From: Saccostrea cucullata
Taxonomy: Eukaryota
DNA: 64,000 nt
NCBI RefSeq assembly: GCF_032062105.1
Contig: NW_026931150.1
Coordinates: forward strand, 186,001 to 250,000
Reading direction: 5' to 3'
The notes below the pieces were generated by a model. That model was not told the origin of the DNA. It was given only the letters and a program-made list of their open reading frames with translations, and did not search any database. Below are positions 52,601 through 64,000 of the stretch, in pieces. Numbering within the stretch: position 1 is the first letter of the stretch; each line of letters starts with the position of its first letter. The position numbers and the translations under genes were made by a program.

Positions 52601-55600
52601 TATAATTTGCCAATTTGATTTAGATGCCGATCGGTTTGGCGATCCGCCCAGATCCAAAACTTTTTCAGATCGTGGCTCGATCGGGATGATCGTCGTAAAG
52701 TCGCAGCTCTGTGTGAACGTGGGCTTATTGTGACACGGGGCCTCTGTTAAATATAGTATGGCTCTCAATGTCCCTATTGGGATTTGATCCGGCGACGTAA
52801 AAATTAGCTACCAAATCTGTGATTCTAACCACTGCGCCACACGGACGGTTGCAATCAATATAAGGAATTCAAAATAATGTAAACAAATGTGAAGAAACTT
52901 TTTTACTGAACCATTAAACGTGGGTTTATGATAATAAATGAATTAGAAAAACATGTGGTTAGGCCAAAATAAAAAATACCTTTGTTTCCCCTAACGCGAC
53001 CGACTCAACTAAATCGCACCGACTGAAAAGATTTTTTGAATATGATAATTTCATAATTTTTTTTTATTGTTAACCAAGTTTTATAAAATACAATTTCATC
53101 AAAATCAGTTTTTATCAAACCGGCCGACATTGTTTTACTGTGATTTTCAAGCATTTGTTGGAAACGAAATGACGCCCAGATGTGATTACAGGGCATTAGC
53201 TCTTTATAAAACAATGGCGACGTCTCAATCTTATGCTTTTAGCAGGAATTGGAATTGGAATTCTTCACTCTTGAAACAATTCGGTAACAAAATTACCATG
53301 ACTAATTAAGAGTGTTTCGGAGGTGTCTTGGCGTCTACATAGGAGTGAATAAATTTTCGAAAGGGACGTTAAACAACAAACAAATAAACCTGTATTTGAA
53401 TTTAAGGTACGTAATACAGGGTAAGGCCCGCCTCATGAGTAGATGAGGGGCCCATCTAGTGAACACATCATTCAATTTCACTGCATTTTATTTAATTTGA
53501 GTTTTGATCTAATAACCAATTCATCTATGTTCCTATGTTTACTACAGTATATGCCATTATGGAACCATAGGAGTTGTTGTAAATATGTCTGCATATTCAT
53601 CCTGATTAATATAATTCAGATGTCCTTTCTTTACGTTTCTTCATGCCTTTATTTAGTGATTAAACTTCGTGACTATGACATTGTATATAGCATTTGTATC
53701 ATTTGTAGATTCGGTTTGGTTTAATTAAATATTGTTAACATACTCTTTCCAAATAGTTTTGAAATCATGATTCAGCTTCCTGAGACGTTCAGTGTATTTT
53801 TCTTTAATTAGGCCCTTGAAGATTGGTTGTTTCTTTGCTTTTAATCCCTTCAAGATTTGTTTGGATGACATTTCCCATTGCTCCAAATTTAGACGTACTC
53901 AGCACTTTTTTGCCATTAAGCAGTGGGGGATCTTTTTTGAGCCAGCATCTTCTGCGACACTGGACATAAGTTTTTATGGTCCCCTTTGAAGGACCGTTTT
54001 CAACGTTACTCATAGGGATTTGAACCTGCGATTTAAAATTAGCCACTACCTTCTAAACTCAGGAGAAAAATGCTCCAAAACCACTGCAAATCTTATGGCC
54101 CTCAAAGTACATTGATCGTCTATAAGCTTTTAAGGCTGATGAAAGGTTTTAAAAAATATACTCGTATGGCTAGTCTTTGCGTATTTGAGAATCTTGTCTA
54201 TTTTATTCAATTTATATTAATGTAATGGCGTGAGATATTTCACAAGTACAACTAAACAACAGTTGTAAATTAATCATGAATTTTGTTTTTAAACGGCATA
54301 TGTACGATACTTAGCATTTTGTTCACAAATCGCTTTCTTTTGTATTTTTCTTATTTATAAAGGTTATTTTCCATTAAATTTTAGAATGTATTTTCAAAGC
54401 TGCTGTCAGAAAATAAAATTGTTTACCTACCTACCGACCCAACTTGAGAATTTAGGGTCGGGTTAGGGGAAACAAAGATATTTTTAATTCCGGCCTTATA
54501 TGATAATAGATAAATTAAGAGAATATCAGTGTAACAAACTAAATTTAATCCCATAATATACCCCTATTGCGCAAGTGTAAATATTGTTCTTTATCCTGTG
54601 GGGAGCCACTCGATTTGTAATTTTTACCCGGGCTTATTGCTCAAAGAGCAATTGCCGGCTTATGTGATCCTGTTCAAGGCAGGATGTTGACCCCATAGTT
54701 GCCATTTTAAAGTTACGTGCAAAAATATAGCTCTTACTCTCAACCGCTTTTGAGATAATACAAACGCTAAATAAAGCAATAATAATAAAACGAAGTTTTA
54801 TCTATATAAAATAAACATTAGTAGTAATGACTTTGAAAACTTCATAAGTCAAAGAACATATGTAGTTCATTAGCGTAAAGATTTTTGATAATCAGTGTTA
54901 CCGTAGTTCTCTACACATACGAGGTAAAGCAGGAGAGGGAACCAGACTGGCCTGTTTGTTTACATTCAGCTGCGGTACCAGATTAATTCTGATTCTGACA
55001 AAATCGGACCGTGGTATTAGGATTGAAAAACTCACTGTCAGTGTCTTATCATTTAAATTGATAGTTTTAAAATAATTTTTTCATCAGAATATAAACGTGA
55101 TTCATGTAAGAAATCCATTTTACTCTGTAAATGAGCCCGGCTCTCTGTACTTCTGAGTACTTTGATATCTACCTGAGAACTCGTGTTCGGGTAGTACCCG
55201 GGAAGTCACAGCCGAGATAAGACCTGTTTGGCTTGTTGTGTTGAAGTAGCTGGGGCGAGTACTCAACTGCATCAGGTATTTGAAAGTGCAATTTTTAAAA
55301 TATGTTTTATTGTTTGAGTCTACACATGTAGTATGGTTGATTTATTATATTTTTCCCTAGGGTCCTAAACCCTCGGACTTTCGTCCCGTTTCGTAATTAA
55401 CAGGTCTTGGGCGGGGCACTACAGCTAATTACATTGACAATAGCCTGTCGGCAGTCCAGGGTGTGAGGGAGAGGCTTGCAATGTGTAATGGTTTTGCAGT
55501 TACAGCGGCGAATGTGAGAGAGTGTACGACAGAGTACGGCAGCCCTGACGGACACCTCAGGACCAGCAATTAAAAGTTATGTGTTTAATATCTTGAATAA

Positions 55601-56872
55601 CGAAATCACCTTTTTGAAATTATAACAAGCCAAAGTTAATCCAGACAGCATTGTGAAAGTTTATTATGTGTTATTTGTGAAATTATAATCAATTTGATTT
55701 GTGAAAGAAAAATACATTTACCAGAGGAAATTAAAAACCAGAACTCAAATCTTAAGCAAGGGTGAACGTGTACTACGTTTTAAAGGACACTCTCCAGGAC
55801 TGACGTGCTGCTGATAGACATTTCATTTCTATATTTTTTAATTGTTTTTGTTGTAAAAATTTACTTTTGTTTTGTTAATTAAATTTTGTTAAAATTTCAT
55901 TTGTTTTGTTTCCTTCATCAGTTCATTTATTCAAGTTCTTAAAGTGTATAATCCACATCTCAAAAATCAGTATACATACATGCAACACAATTCTTCATGA
56001 TAAATATACAAGACGATCACATATTCCTTCGTAATTAGTTGTAATCCATTGGGACATGCACAGTTTTGGAATAACATATAGAATAGATTTCTGATAATCA
56101 ATTCCGATACTAATTATCGCCAGATTAGAGAGTTTAATAACAATATTCATCATGTCACGGCTATTATTGGAAAAATCGTTTGTTTTGATGAATGTGATGC
56201 GTGACTCATAAAAAGTAAAAAGATCTAAAATGTATATCTTAACATCTCCAGCCATAGGAACCTGACGTTACTCATTTTTCTTTTCAAAAATGAAATATTA
56301 TTACGTAGGTGGTATAATGTTTTTTTTATTAAAAGAAAAATAAGTAACGTCGGGTGCCTGAAAACTAAAGTTTGTTTTTACTGCATGTATATATAAGCAA
56401 GAATATAAAACTCGACTGGAAATCTCACCTTAGCAACAAGACAATCATCGTGATAGTTCAAGATGTTCCAGACTTTTTGAAAAATCTTCCTAGGAGAACT
56501 TTTTGGATAGGATTCATATTTCTCGGGCATACATGTACCAGAATTCTTGTAGTCCTTCAATAAGGCCTTTTCCCTATAGTGACTAGCCAAGCGGTTCAAA
56601 CAACAGCGCTCCATTTTTTTGTGAGAAATCTCCCAGAAATCTAGTTCCTCTTTGAACTCTTCTGGGCAAGTAGAAATCGGCATATGAAGAATCCCCGTCA
56701 AATGAAAATCCAAAATAGCCTCGAAGGCTTTTTTCGGTCGATTTATGATGATTCTTTGGCTTGGGCATTCTCGCACCAAGTCCCTGATTTTTTCACAATG
56801 TCCCTCTGAAATATCTTCAATGGAAAAACAGTATTTTTGTCCTGTGACGTACACGAACAATTCGTTTACCAT
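40626..56872 (-). CDS. Voltage-gated potassium channel subunit, divergent Shaw/Kv3-like, 469 aa; exons 56872-56429 (T1) and 41591-40626 (S1-S6)
   Basis: T1 domain with the Zn motif HMPISTC-x20-CC; donor AAG|GTGAGA and acceptor tttttcag|ATC, both phase 0; S4 RVLRIVRVMRH; pore WWTLITMTTVGYGDMIP; S6 CAVSGVIMLSLVIPIFVNTF. Confidence 0.92.
42928..43213. mobile_element. MITE with CAC...GTG termini (CACTA/EnSpm-like)
   Basis: CACGCTGAAAAAAA..CCCTGGT / ACCTGGTTATTTTTTATCAGTG termini; second copy at 26400. Confidence 0.7.
43266..43569 (+). mobile_element. Full-length SINE copy with 13-bp TSD
   Basis: Colinear with the other copies; TSD CCAAACTC(G/A)ATGG at 43252-43264 and 43570-43582. Confidence 0.92.
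44346..44915 (+). mobile_element. Helentron-like non-autonomous element with ~140-bp internal repeats
   Basis: AAGCAAGATGTGTTTGTGAAACACTGATGCCCCC start; repeated AAGGTCTTGTCTCAA / TTATGGCCAAGGTTAAAGTT; (GACA)n; ends GCGGGAGCATAA. Confidence 0.65.
47773..51371. mobile_element. Non-autonomous DNA transposon with ~28-bp TIRs, host to the RTE insertion
   Basis: GTAACGACGAAAAGTGACCCATGTAGAAT versus ATTCTACTTGGTCACATTTCGTCGTTAC; subterminal AAATGACCC / CAATATTCTAC repeats at both ends; GT on both flanks. Confidence 0.8.
48160..51087 (+). mobile_element. RTE-clade LINE retrotransposon, decayed (AP endonuclease + reverse transcriptase), antisense in the Kv intron
   Basis: APE motifs TIGQ*NVRTM, ILGNSECRW, IQAYAP, MGDLNAK, SDH; RT motifs NWRGVTLL, EQAGFR, DFDKAFDSV, GVKQGC, LDFADD, SVLLYGCETW, GRPKTTW. 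Multiple stops and frameshifts, and an internal deletion near 48740. Confidence 0.95.
51455..52724. mobile_element. CpG-rich non-autonomous DNA element (PIF/Harbinger-like)
   Basis: Interrupts the split SINE; degenerate TIRs (…GTTCCTACATAGA / TCTGTGTGAACGTGGGC), TTG/TTA flanks, many ACGATC/TCGTAG motifs. Confidence 0.55.
52962..54495. mobile_element. PIF/Harbinger-type MITE with TTA TSD, containing decayed SINE fragments
   Basis: TTA|GGCCAAAATAAAAAATACCTTTGTTTCCCCTAAC ... GTTAGGGGAAACAAAGATATTTTTAATTCCGGCC|TTA; SINE remnants at ~53315-53388 (+) and ~53880-54050 (-). Confidence 0.75.
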
Positions 56873-57894
56873 CTCGTTTTCGTATTTAATCTCGTTTGCT
56901 CAATTCAGTTGAAGTCGCAGTTATTAAAGTTATCTGTATTACACTGGATCAGTTGGCGAGCACGTTTCCATGGTTATATTGGGTATGCGCAAAGACGGGT
57001 TCAATTTTCCTCCAATCAGATTTCAAATAAAAACTTTTTTATTAAATTATATACTGTACATGTATTTTTTTTTCGTTCATTCGTTCTTGATATTTTTTAG
57101 ATAAGATTTTCGTTTGCCATTAAGAATTAACTCTTCAATTCTTAAAATATTCTCTCAAACAAAATTAAGGCAAAACGTTATTCAAGAATACCAAAACGCA
57201 ATCTTTTTTAAAAAAATTCATATCCAGGTTCAAATTCATAAAATTTATCCACAAAATGTGTTGAAGAGGTAAAAGCAAATGTTGAACTCTTTTGGGTTTT
57301 ATTTAAAAAAAAATACTTCATTATACTGAGGTCCGGTAACTCCATAATGCCGAGAAATGGCAACTTTTGGACTAATTAATAGTATCATTTTTTTTCCAAA
57401 GAACTGTTAAAGGTATCAAGCAAATACATGTATTTATCAATTCCTTTTATATACTATGTAGTGGAAAATCGATAGATACGTTATAGTAGGATATACATGA
57501 TGTATTATTGTGTAGCAAGTTTTATTGGATTTGAAAGAAAAAGATTGTACGAGGAGTAACGTTTTGAAATAATACGAATTCATATCTCCAGAAACCCTGA
57601 CATTAATCTATAAACAGCTTTGTTCTTATTGAAATAGTAACGTTTGATATAAAATCGGACAAAACATTATTTGATGATTAGTCCTGAAAGGGAATCAATA
57701 GTTCCTCGATGAAAAAAGGATTCGAACGCATATACATTGTATATGGGAGAATTATGTACAAGTATTTAACTGAAGCTTACATCTAGCGAATTTTATCAGA
57801 ATATGAATATATCTTTATTCTTTAGTGTAGTATTGTTCTGACAGATTTAAAGAAAAAAAAACACAGCTTTAACAATCACGTCATTAAAAAACTG

Positions 57895-60325
57895 TCAATA
57901 GAATAACGAGAGCTTTTGCTAAAAGTGCGCCAAGTATTTAAAAGGCTATTCTATTCTATAAAAATGCGTCTTTAAATAGCTTTTAAAAATGTCCAGGCCT
58001 GCTTTATGTCATTAGGAAGGCCATTCCACAAAAATGCTGCTGCCCAACTGAGCCGACGTTCACCATGTCTTTGTCCTGATTTTTGGCATAGCAAACCGCG
58101 ATGTCGACTCAGATCGCAGAGATCTGGCGGGGTTGTATTCCATTCTAAGGTGGAGCTAACCCGTGTAACGATTGGTAGATATATGTCAAGATGATTTTAT
58201 TTTGTGGACGAAAATAAACAGATATCCAATGAAGATCAGCAAGAATAGGAGTGCTCCCGTTCCGATGATCTTGTAACTAGACGAGATGCAGTGTCCTGCA
58301 GTGTGCTCTTTAAAATTTCATAAAGAAGGCAGTTTCCATAGTCCATTCTGGCAGTGATTATGGAATTCACCATGATATTAAGGAATTCTTTTGTGAGAAA
58401 ACGCCATATACATCCAATATTGCGTATTTGGAAATAGCATGACTTGACTACCGAGGATGCCTGTTTTTCCATAGTAAGGTGTTGATCAAAAAAGACACCT
58501 AGTTTTCACACATGGTACGCTTGCAATGATGTTATCACCAACTTCTAATTGCAATTTTAGCAGATGTTTCTGATGCTGCCTTGTGGTGAAAATTATTAAC
58601 TCGGTCTTTTCTTGGTTCAGTTTATGTGGGTTCGATTTCTTCCAACCAATTTCACTAAGGCACGCTTCAAGTCGAGAGAAATAATTGTTCCATTTTTCCA
58701 GTGGTCTTATAATCATGAAGATTTGTGTTTCATCTGCACAGCAGTGATTTATCATTCCATTTTGATGGCATATGGTTCCAAAAGGTTAGGAGAAAAAGCA
58801 GTACAATTTCGGTCCTACAGATCCTTGTGGACACCAAAAGACAACTGCCTTGCATCTGATCGGACGGATCCAACTGATATTTTCTCTTCTTGAGGTACAT
58901 GTAAGACTTGGTGCACTCAAGAGCACCATCGCGGAATCCATAAGACACAGTTAAGCACTGAAACAGTATCTTATGATCGTTGACATCAAAAGCAGCGGGC
59001 AAATCCAGAACGAGGACTGCTGAAAATTGTAGGTCCAGAGCTGTCACAATATCATTGTGGACCTTGATTAGGGCCGTTTCCGTGGAGTACCTAGGATGAT
59101 ATGCCGAGTGAAGTGGATCGTCAAGAGAGTTCGCATTTAAGTGGGCATCAATCCTACAAGTCACAACTTTAACCAAATATTTTTTTAGATAAAAGTTTAG
59201 TTTGATACGGGTCAATAGTTTTTCAACATTTCCTTATCTAGTCCAGGTTTCTTAAGAAGTGGACGAACTATGGTTTCCTTTCAAACAGACAGGAGCTAGA
59301 GATATTGATTGTATGTTGTTTAACGTCCCTCTTGAGAATTTTTCACTCATATGGAGACGCCACCACTTGTCGATGGAGTGCAACAAATTTTTGTGCTATA
59401 CTCGGCACTTAGGGCCATTGATCAGTAAGGGGTCTTTTTCGTGCCAGCACCTACTGTGACACGGGACCTCAGTTTATATGGTCTCATTCAAAGGACTGGT
59501 CTCCACGTCCCACAGTGGGATTCGAATTCGCGACGTAAGGATCAACTCCTTACGATCTGGAGATGAATTGACAATGTCTGTGACAAGCGGCATTTTTGGA
59601 TTCATGCACTTTTTTAGTATCTTTATGGGAATAGGATCCAGTTCGCATGATTTATTGGGTGCCTTCATTATTAAGGATCTTACTTCATCTTCTGTGGAAC
59701 GTCCAAAATTCAAAAGTACAAATCCAATTATAATATATGTATGTGCCTAGATAGCTGTCTTCTTTTCCTGTTTCTTGTTTAAGTGCCTCTCTAATAGACG
59801 TTGTTTTGTCTATGAAGAACGTTGAAAATTCATTTGCAAGACCTTCATCTCTGATGAATAATGACTCTCTTGATTCTTGCCCATCATTAAATTCGTCACT
59901 GGATACTTTCCTGAATTTTAGAAGAATAGAATTCTTCTTTGGCCTTATAAAGAAAGGGGCCTGCATGATTAAAATCCTGTTTTGAAAAACTGATGGTGTA
60001 TCAGTTTAGTTCTTCGCCAAAGTCTCTCCGCTCTTCGCTTCTGTTGTTTCGCTGGCCTTAGCTCGTCTGTGTACACTGTGTGTTAGCTTATGTAAATAGG
60101 AATTGACTTACTCACATGAGGCGCACGAGTGTCTAAAATATGAGAGGCATTCGTTGTAACTGTACTAAATGGTCGACAGACGTACTAGAATTCCCATTAC
60201 GTGCGTATTCCTCTTGTACAGTTGTAATTGTTTTTGATATCTGTATTCATCTCAATTATATTGATATTCCCGAGTCTTCTAAATGTAATCTCTTTTCGTT
60301 GACGTCGTGGGTTTTTGCAGTTGAT
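57895..60325 (-). mobile_element. L2/CR1-clade LINE, 5'-truncated and decayed
   Basis: Fragments LANEFSTFFIDK, KSCELDPIP, SAYHPRYSTETALIKVHNDIV, LVLDLPAAFDVNDH, CADETQI, KLNQEKTELI, RMDYGNCLLY spread over several frames. Confidence 0.92.
59304..59556 (-). mobile_element. SINE copy (5'-truncated) inserted into the L2/CR1 element
   Basis: Reverse complement of the SINE; near-TSD CTAGAGAT (59296-59303) / CTGGAGAT (59557-59564). Confidence 0.9.
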
Positions 60326-60327
60326 AG

Positions 60328-60556
60328 TTGCCGGTAGAGGGCTGCAATTTTGTCCTATACTCGGAACTTGGGGGCATTGAGCAGGGAGGGATCTTTTTCG
60401 CGTCAGCACCTACATGTATTGCAACACGGGACATCGGTATATACGGTCTAATCCGAAGGACCGGTCTCCAGGTCTTACAGGGGGATTCGAACCCATAACG
60501 TAAGGATCAATTCCTACTTTGTGTCTCTGGAGCAGACGCTCTAACCACTGCGCCAC
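60328..60556 (-). mobile_element. SINE copy abutting the 5' break of the L2/CR1 element
   Basis: Reverse complement of the SINE head and core (GGATTCGAACCC, GCAGACGCTCTAACCACTGCGCCAC); tail missing. Confidence 0.88.
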
Positions 60557-63500
60557 TCCTATGTCCTAAGAAGATTCCTGTTGATTTTGAGGTCAAAAGG
60601 TCAATGTCGTAAATTCTGTTTTAACATTTTCGTTTTCCAGCGATATCTCGAGAAGCCTTTGCACTTTTGCAATCAAATTTCAAATATATACATAACAACT
60701 CCCTAAAGCCAAATGAAAATCCTTGCTGATTATGAAGTCAAAATGTCTAATGTCAAGGTCATGAATTCATATATTCTGTTTGTGTGTTAAATATTTATGT
60801 ACAAGCAACACCTCAGGATGCTTCTGAGCAATTGTAGTGAAATTTTACACCAAATTCCGAGGGGCCCGATCGGGACTTTATAAGGCACCCCCCCCCCCCT
60901 CCAACTCATTCTTCTTAAAGAAGGCAACATTTTCAATCCTTGGGACACTGTAGTTTCATCAAAGAGTTGTCATACTGCTCTATACAACAGCACATTGGAG
61001 AAGAATCAACAGATCATAAACTAATGATAAAGATCTATTATTTATTGCTCAACATACTGACCAAAGTAACATGTCAAATAGCTGACCATGTAAACAGCAT
61101 AGATTTTATGACTCAATTTCATAGAAATTATATACATCTCACAAAAACAAAAAAAAACATAATGGAGAAAAATATAACAAAAAATTGTATGTATTGTACA
61201 ATATAAGATACATGAAGTTTTTAATGTTGCAATATCAGCAATTTTTTTGTAAATTTCAGAAAAATTAATGATATATTCTAATTCAACATTTAAAAAAAAA
61301 GTACTTTTGGTCTTATTACTAATTTGGCAATTGCTTATAAAATCTAAATACCACTTTGCTCATCTTCAGGCATTGTAAAGGATGAAGAGTGGATATCTGG
61401 GTGATTTAAATCACATTTGGTTTTTAATCAATTATGGCATTTCTGACTAGTACACTATATGAAACAGTTCCAAGAAATAAGCAACATACATTTCATCATG
61501 TACAAATGTGTTCATGAATGACAAAACAAATGTTATTCACCATCTAAAATGATAAGAAACATACATATACCAGCCAATCAGATATTAACTTATCACATAC
61601 CAAAAATTAAACAATTATTTTTTTTTTACTTTTAATTAAAATAGATAATAAAAGTGTTCAGTACTTTATTATTCTATTATCCAATACACATACAAAGTCA
61701 AATTTTTGAAAGTTTTTTTTTTTTGTTAAATTGTATTTTTTAAGACAACCATATGAAAACATTAAACATGTGGATAAGAAAAATCTGAGCCATTTCCACC
61801 ATTCTCTATCCACACTTTTAAACAATACATATAGACACAACATTTTCAATACTTCAGCTTAGAGACTCTAAATACACACAACTACTTAATGATGCATCAT
61901 AACTTCCAAATTAACTGTTTTTGATAAGGAGGGGAAATCTACTCCCAAAGTCACGGAGGGACTTTTTCAAGAAATTTAAAATAAAAAGAAAAAAGTTTTA
62001 AACACAAAGTGTCCGCTATTAACAGTAACTAATAACACAGCTTTTTCTTAGCTGCAATAATGTATCCCTCTGTTTTTCTCTGTTTTCACAAGAGGTAAAT
62101 TTCTTGGAATTAATTAATAACTGTTTGCTCGAGAATGAAAATTTAAAAATATGAAAAACGTGAACCATCAAACAACTTTCTAACAGTTTTAAGCTAAATA
62201 TTTATTGTTATCAATTTAAGACTCCCAATTTGCCTTATTTACTAGTAGAAGTATTTCAATTGATGTGACAACAAAATTATGAAAAGCAACGTTAAAAAGT
62301 CATCGGTGAATACTTCCACTGTCTGGGTGGGCAATTTATAAAATGTTGAGGAAAAAACAACTTTAAAAATCATAATAATGCTGCATCAATTATCACAAAA
62401 TAGTAAATGTACGTAAAAATGGCATGCCTCTAAAATACTTAAACATAACTAAACATAAAAAAAATTCTCATAAATGCAATCAAAAAATGTTTGGTCTAAG
62501 ATCTACTGGCTATTTTTATCAAATTATGCATGAAAGTTTGTGCATTTCACAGCTACAAAAAATGGTCAGTTGATGTTATAAGATATTTAAACACACCAGA
62601 TATTTCATGCCAATATGAGCTTTCCTCTAGCAGAAAATGTAAGTGGTCAAATACTGACGATACTGGTTTAACACTGCAATTAGCCAAAAATCAAAGTCGC
62701 TGGTTCAACACTTGCTTCTTACATGTACACTTATCTTTCTCTTACTTTTTGGATGCAAAACCAAAGTATTTTCTAGCATTTTCTTGCTATTAGACTGGGC
62801 TGGTGGGTACTGTCTCCTCCAGGATTATGATAAACCATCCATAATCGGTATCCATAAAAACAAAATAACCTAGTGTTTTGACCATAGATTGAATAAGGCC
62901 ACGTTCAATTGCATCAGTCACTTATATTTTCATGCAGTAAGCTAACAGTGCATATACACATGTCCTCAATTTAAAAAAAAAAGTTATAATCCCTGAACAA
63001 AAATTTTTTCTCACCAGAAAAAATCTTAATGAGGACATCGGTAACATCTGGTCTTTACAAACGAGTATCTGGTCTTTACAAACGAGTTTCTGAAACACTA
63101 ATTACAACAAAAAACACAATGTGCACCAGAATACCCCAAAAATATGTAGTTTGAACAGTTATTGTTTTTGGATTTCTAGTACAATTATAAATGAACAAAT
63201 AATTTAAGGACAATACTAAGCAGAATAACCTTATAAGGTAAAGAGAACTGGCCAATATTTCACACAGAAATTCATGCATGCACCTCATAACAATAAGACA
63301 CATAACCAACACTGAACACAATGCATACACAGTGATTTCAACATTGCTTAGTATGTTGTTGACCTTTGTATATACATATACTTTATCTATATATGCAATG
63401 GGTAAAAGATAATTTATACAACATAAAAATACATGTATTTTTAAAAAAAATCATTTGCTTGTAAAAATGCAGCTCTACTGGTTAAATCAAGGTTAAATTT

Positions 63501-64000
63501 AACAAGAAAAGTATATTTAATAAAGTTAATCAATCATTTTCAATTTCTGAACATTAGCTTCAAATGTACATATTTTCAATGTTTGAAAATTTGACTGATA
63601 AAACGGATTTGAAATGGTGTGCGAGGTTGTATTCAAATGGAGATTTTGGGGATAAGAAATGAACCAATCTCCACAACGAACAAGAATAACACAAAGACTG
63701 CTGTTTATATAAATTTTCAATTTTAAAGGTTTTCCAAGTCTCAAACAGAACATTGTGATATCAGTTCACGTTGGGGACTCTCAATGCCCTTATGCAACAG
63801 ACAGACACTTGCAACAATAAATTATCAGTAAAAGTACAAGTATTTGTTTATAATAAATTCATTATACTTCATCATTTGATAAAATTATCAACTGTAACAA
63901 TAAAAACAATATTTGTACAATATACAAAACAATCAAAATTACAGATCAGAGAATACAATTGTAAACAAATGAAGTACATGTAGTTAGCTTAAAATATTCA

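Larger units (their letters stand above)
47706..52849 (-). mobile_element. Old SINE split into three pieces (47706-47772, 51372-51454, 52725-52849)
   Basis: Joined, the pieces are colinear with the reverse complement of the SINE (…TTCGAGAATTTTTACTCAT | GCTGCAAATTTAGATC…GAGCAATGAGGGATC | TGTGACACGGG…TCTAACCACTGCGCCAC). Confidence 0.8.

Noticed and set aside
51814-52768. 117-aa and 131-aa ORFs in a CpG-rich segment
   Set aside because: No recognisable domain or splice chain; they lie inside a non-autonomous TIR element.

Overview
AT-rich, intron-containing animal genomic DNA. The repeat content (tRNA-headed Deu/Nin-type SINEs, Helentron-like elements carrying ~167-bp satellite arrays) points to a bivalve mollusc, probably an oyster; this is an inference. 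I reconstructed spliced gene models by hand from splice sites and exon phase: (1) the 5' part of a BTB-BACK(-Kelch) gene (minus strand, runs off the left edge); (2) WDR93 (minus, 16-17 exons, one GC-AG intron); (3) PEX11 (plus, 3 exons), head-to-head with WDR93 across only 437 bp, which is the arrangement I recall for human WDR93/PEX11A; (4) a 5-exon gene for a 126-aa secreted 12-Cys Ly6/three-finger-like protein with RTGR...GKR prohormone-type sites in a loop; (5) a candidate orphan or decaying multi-exon gene at 29.5-34.2 kb; (6) a divergent two-exon Shaw/Kv3-like K+ channel (minus) with an altered S6 gate (VIP instead of PVP) and a 14.8-kb intron full of nested transposons. The rest consists of decayed RTE and L2/CR1 LINEs, many SINEs and MITEs, tandem arrays and a ~970-bp tandem duplication. 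There is no CRISPR or prokaryote-type system. The best leads are the Ly6-like pro-protein, the WDR93-PEX11 pair, the possible modifier Kv subunit, the orphan gene and a fold-back element just 3' of PEX11.
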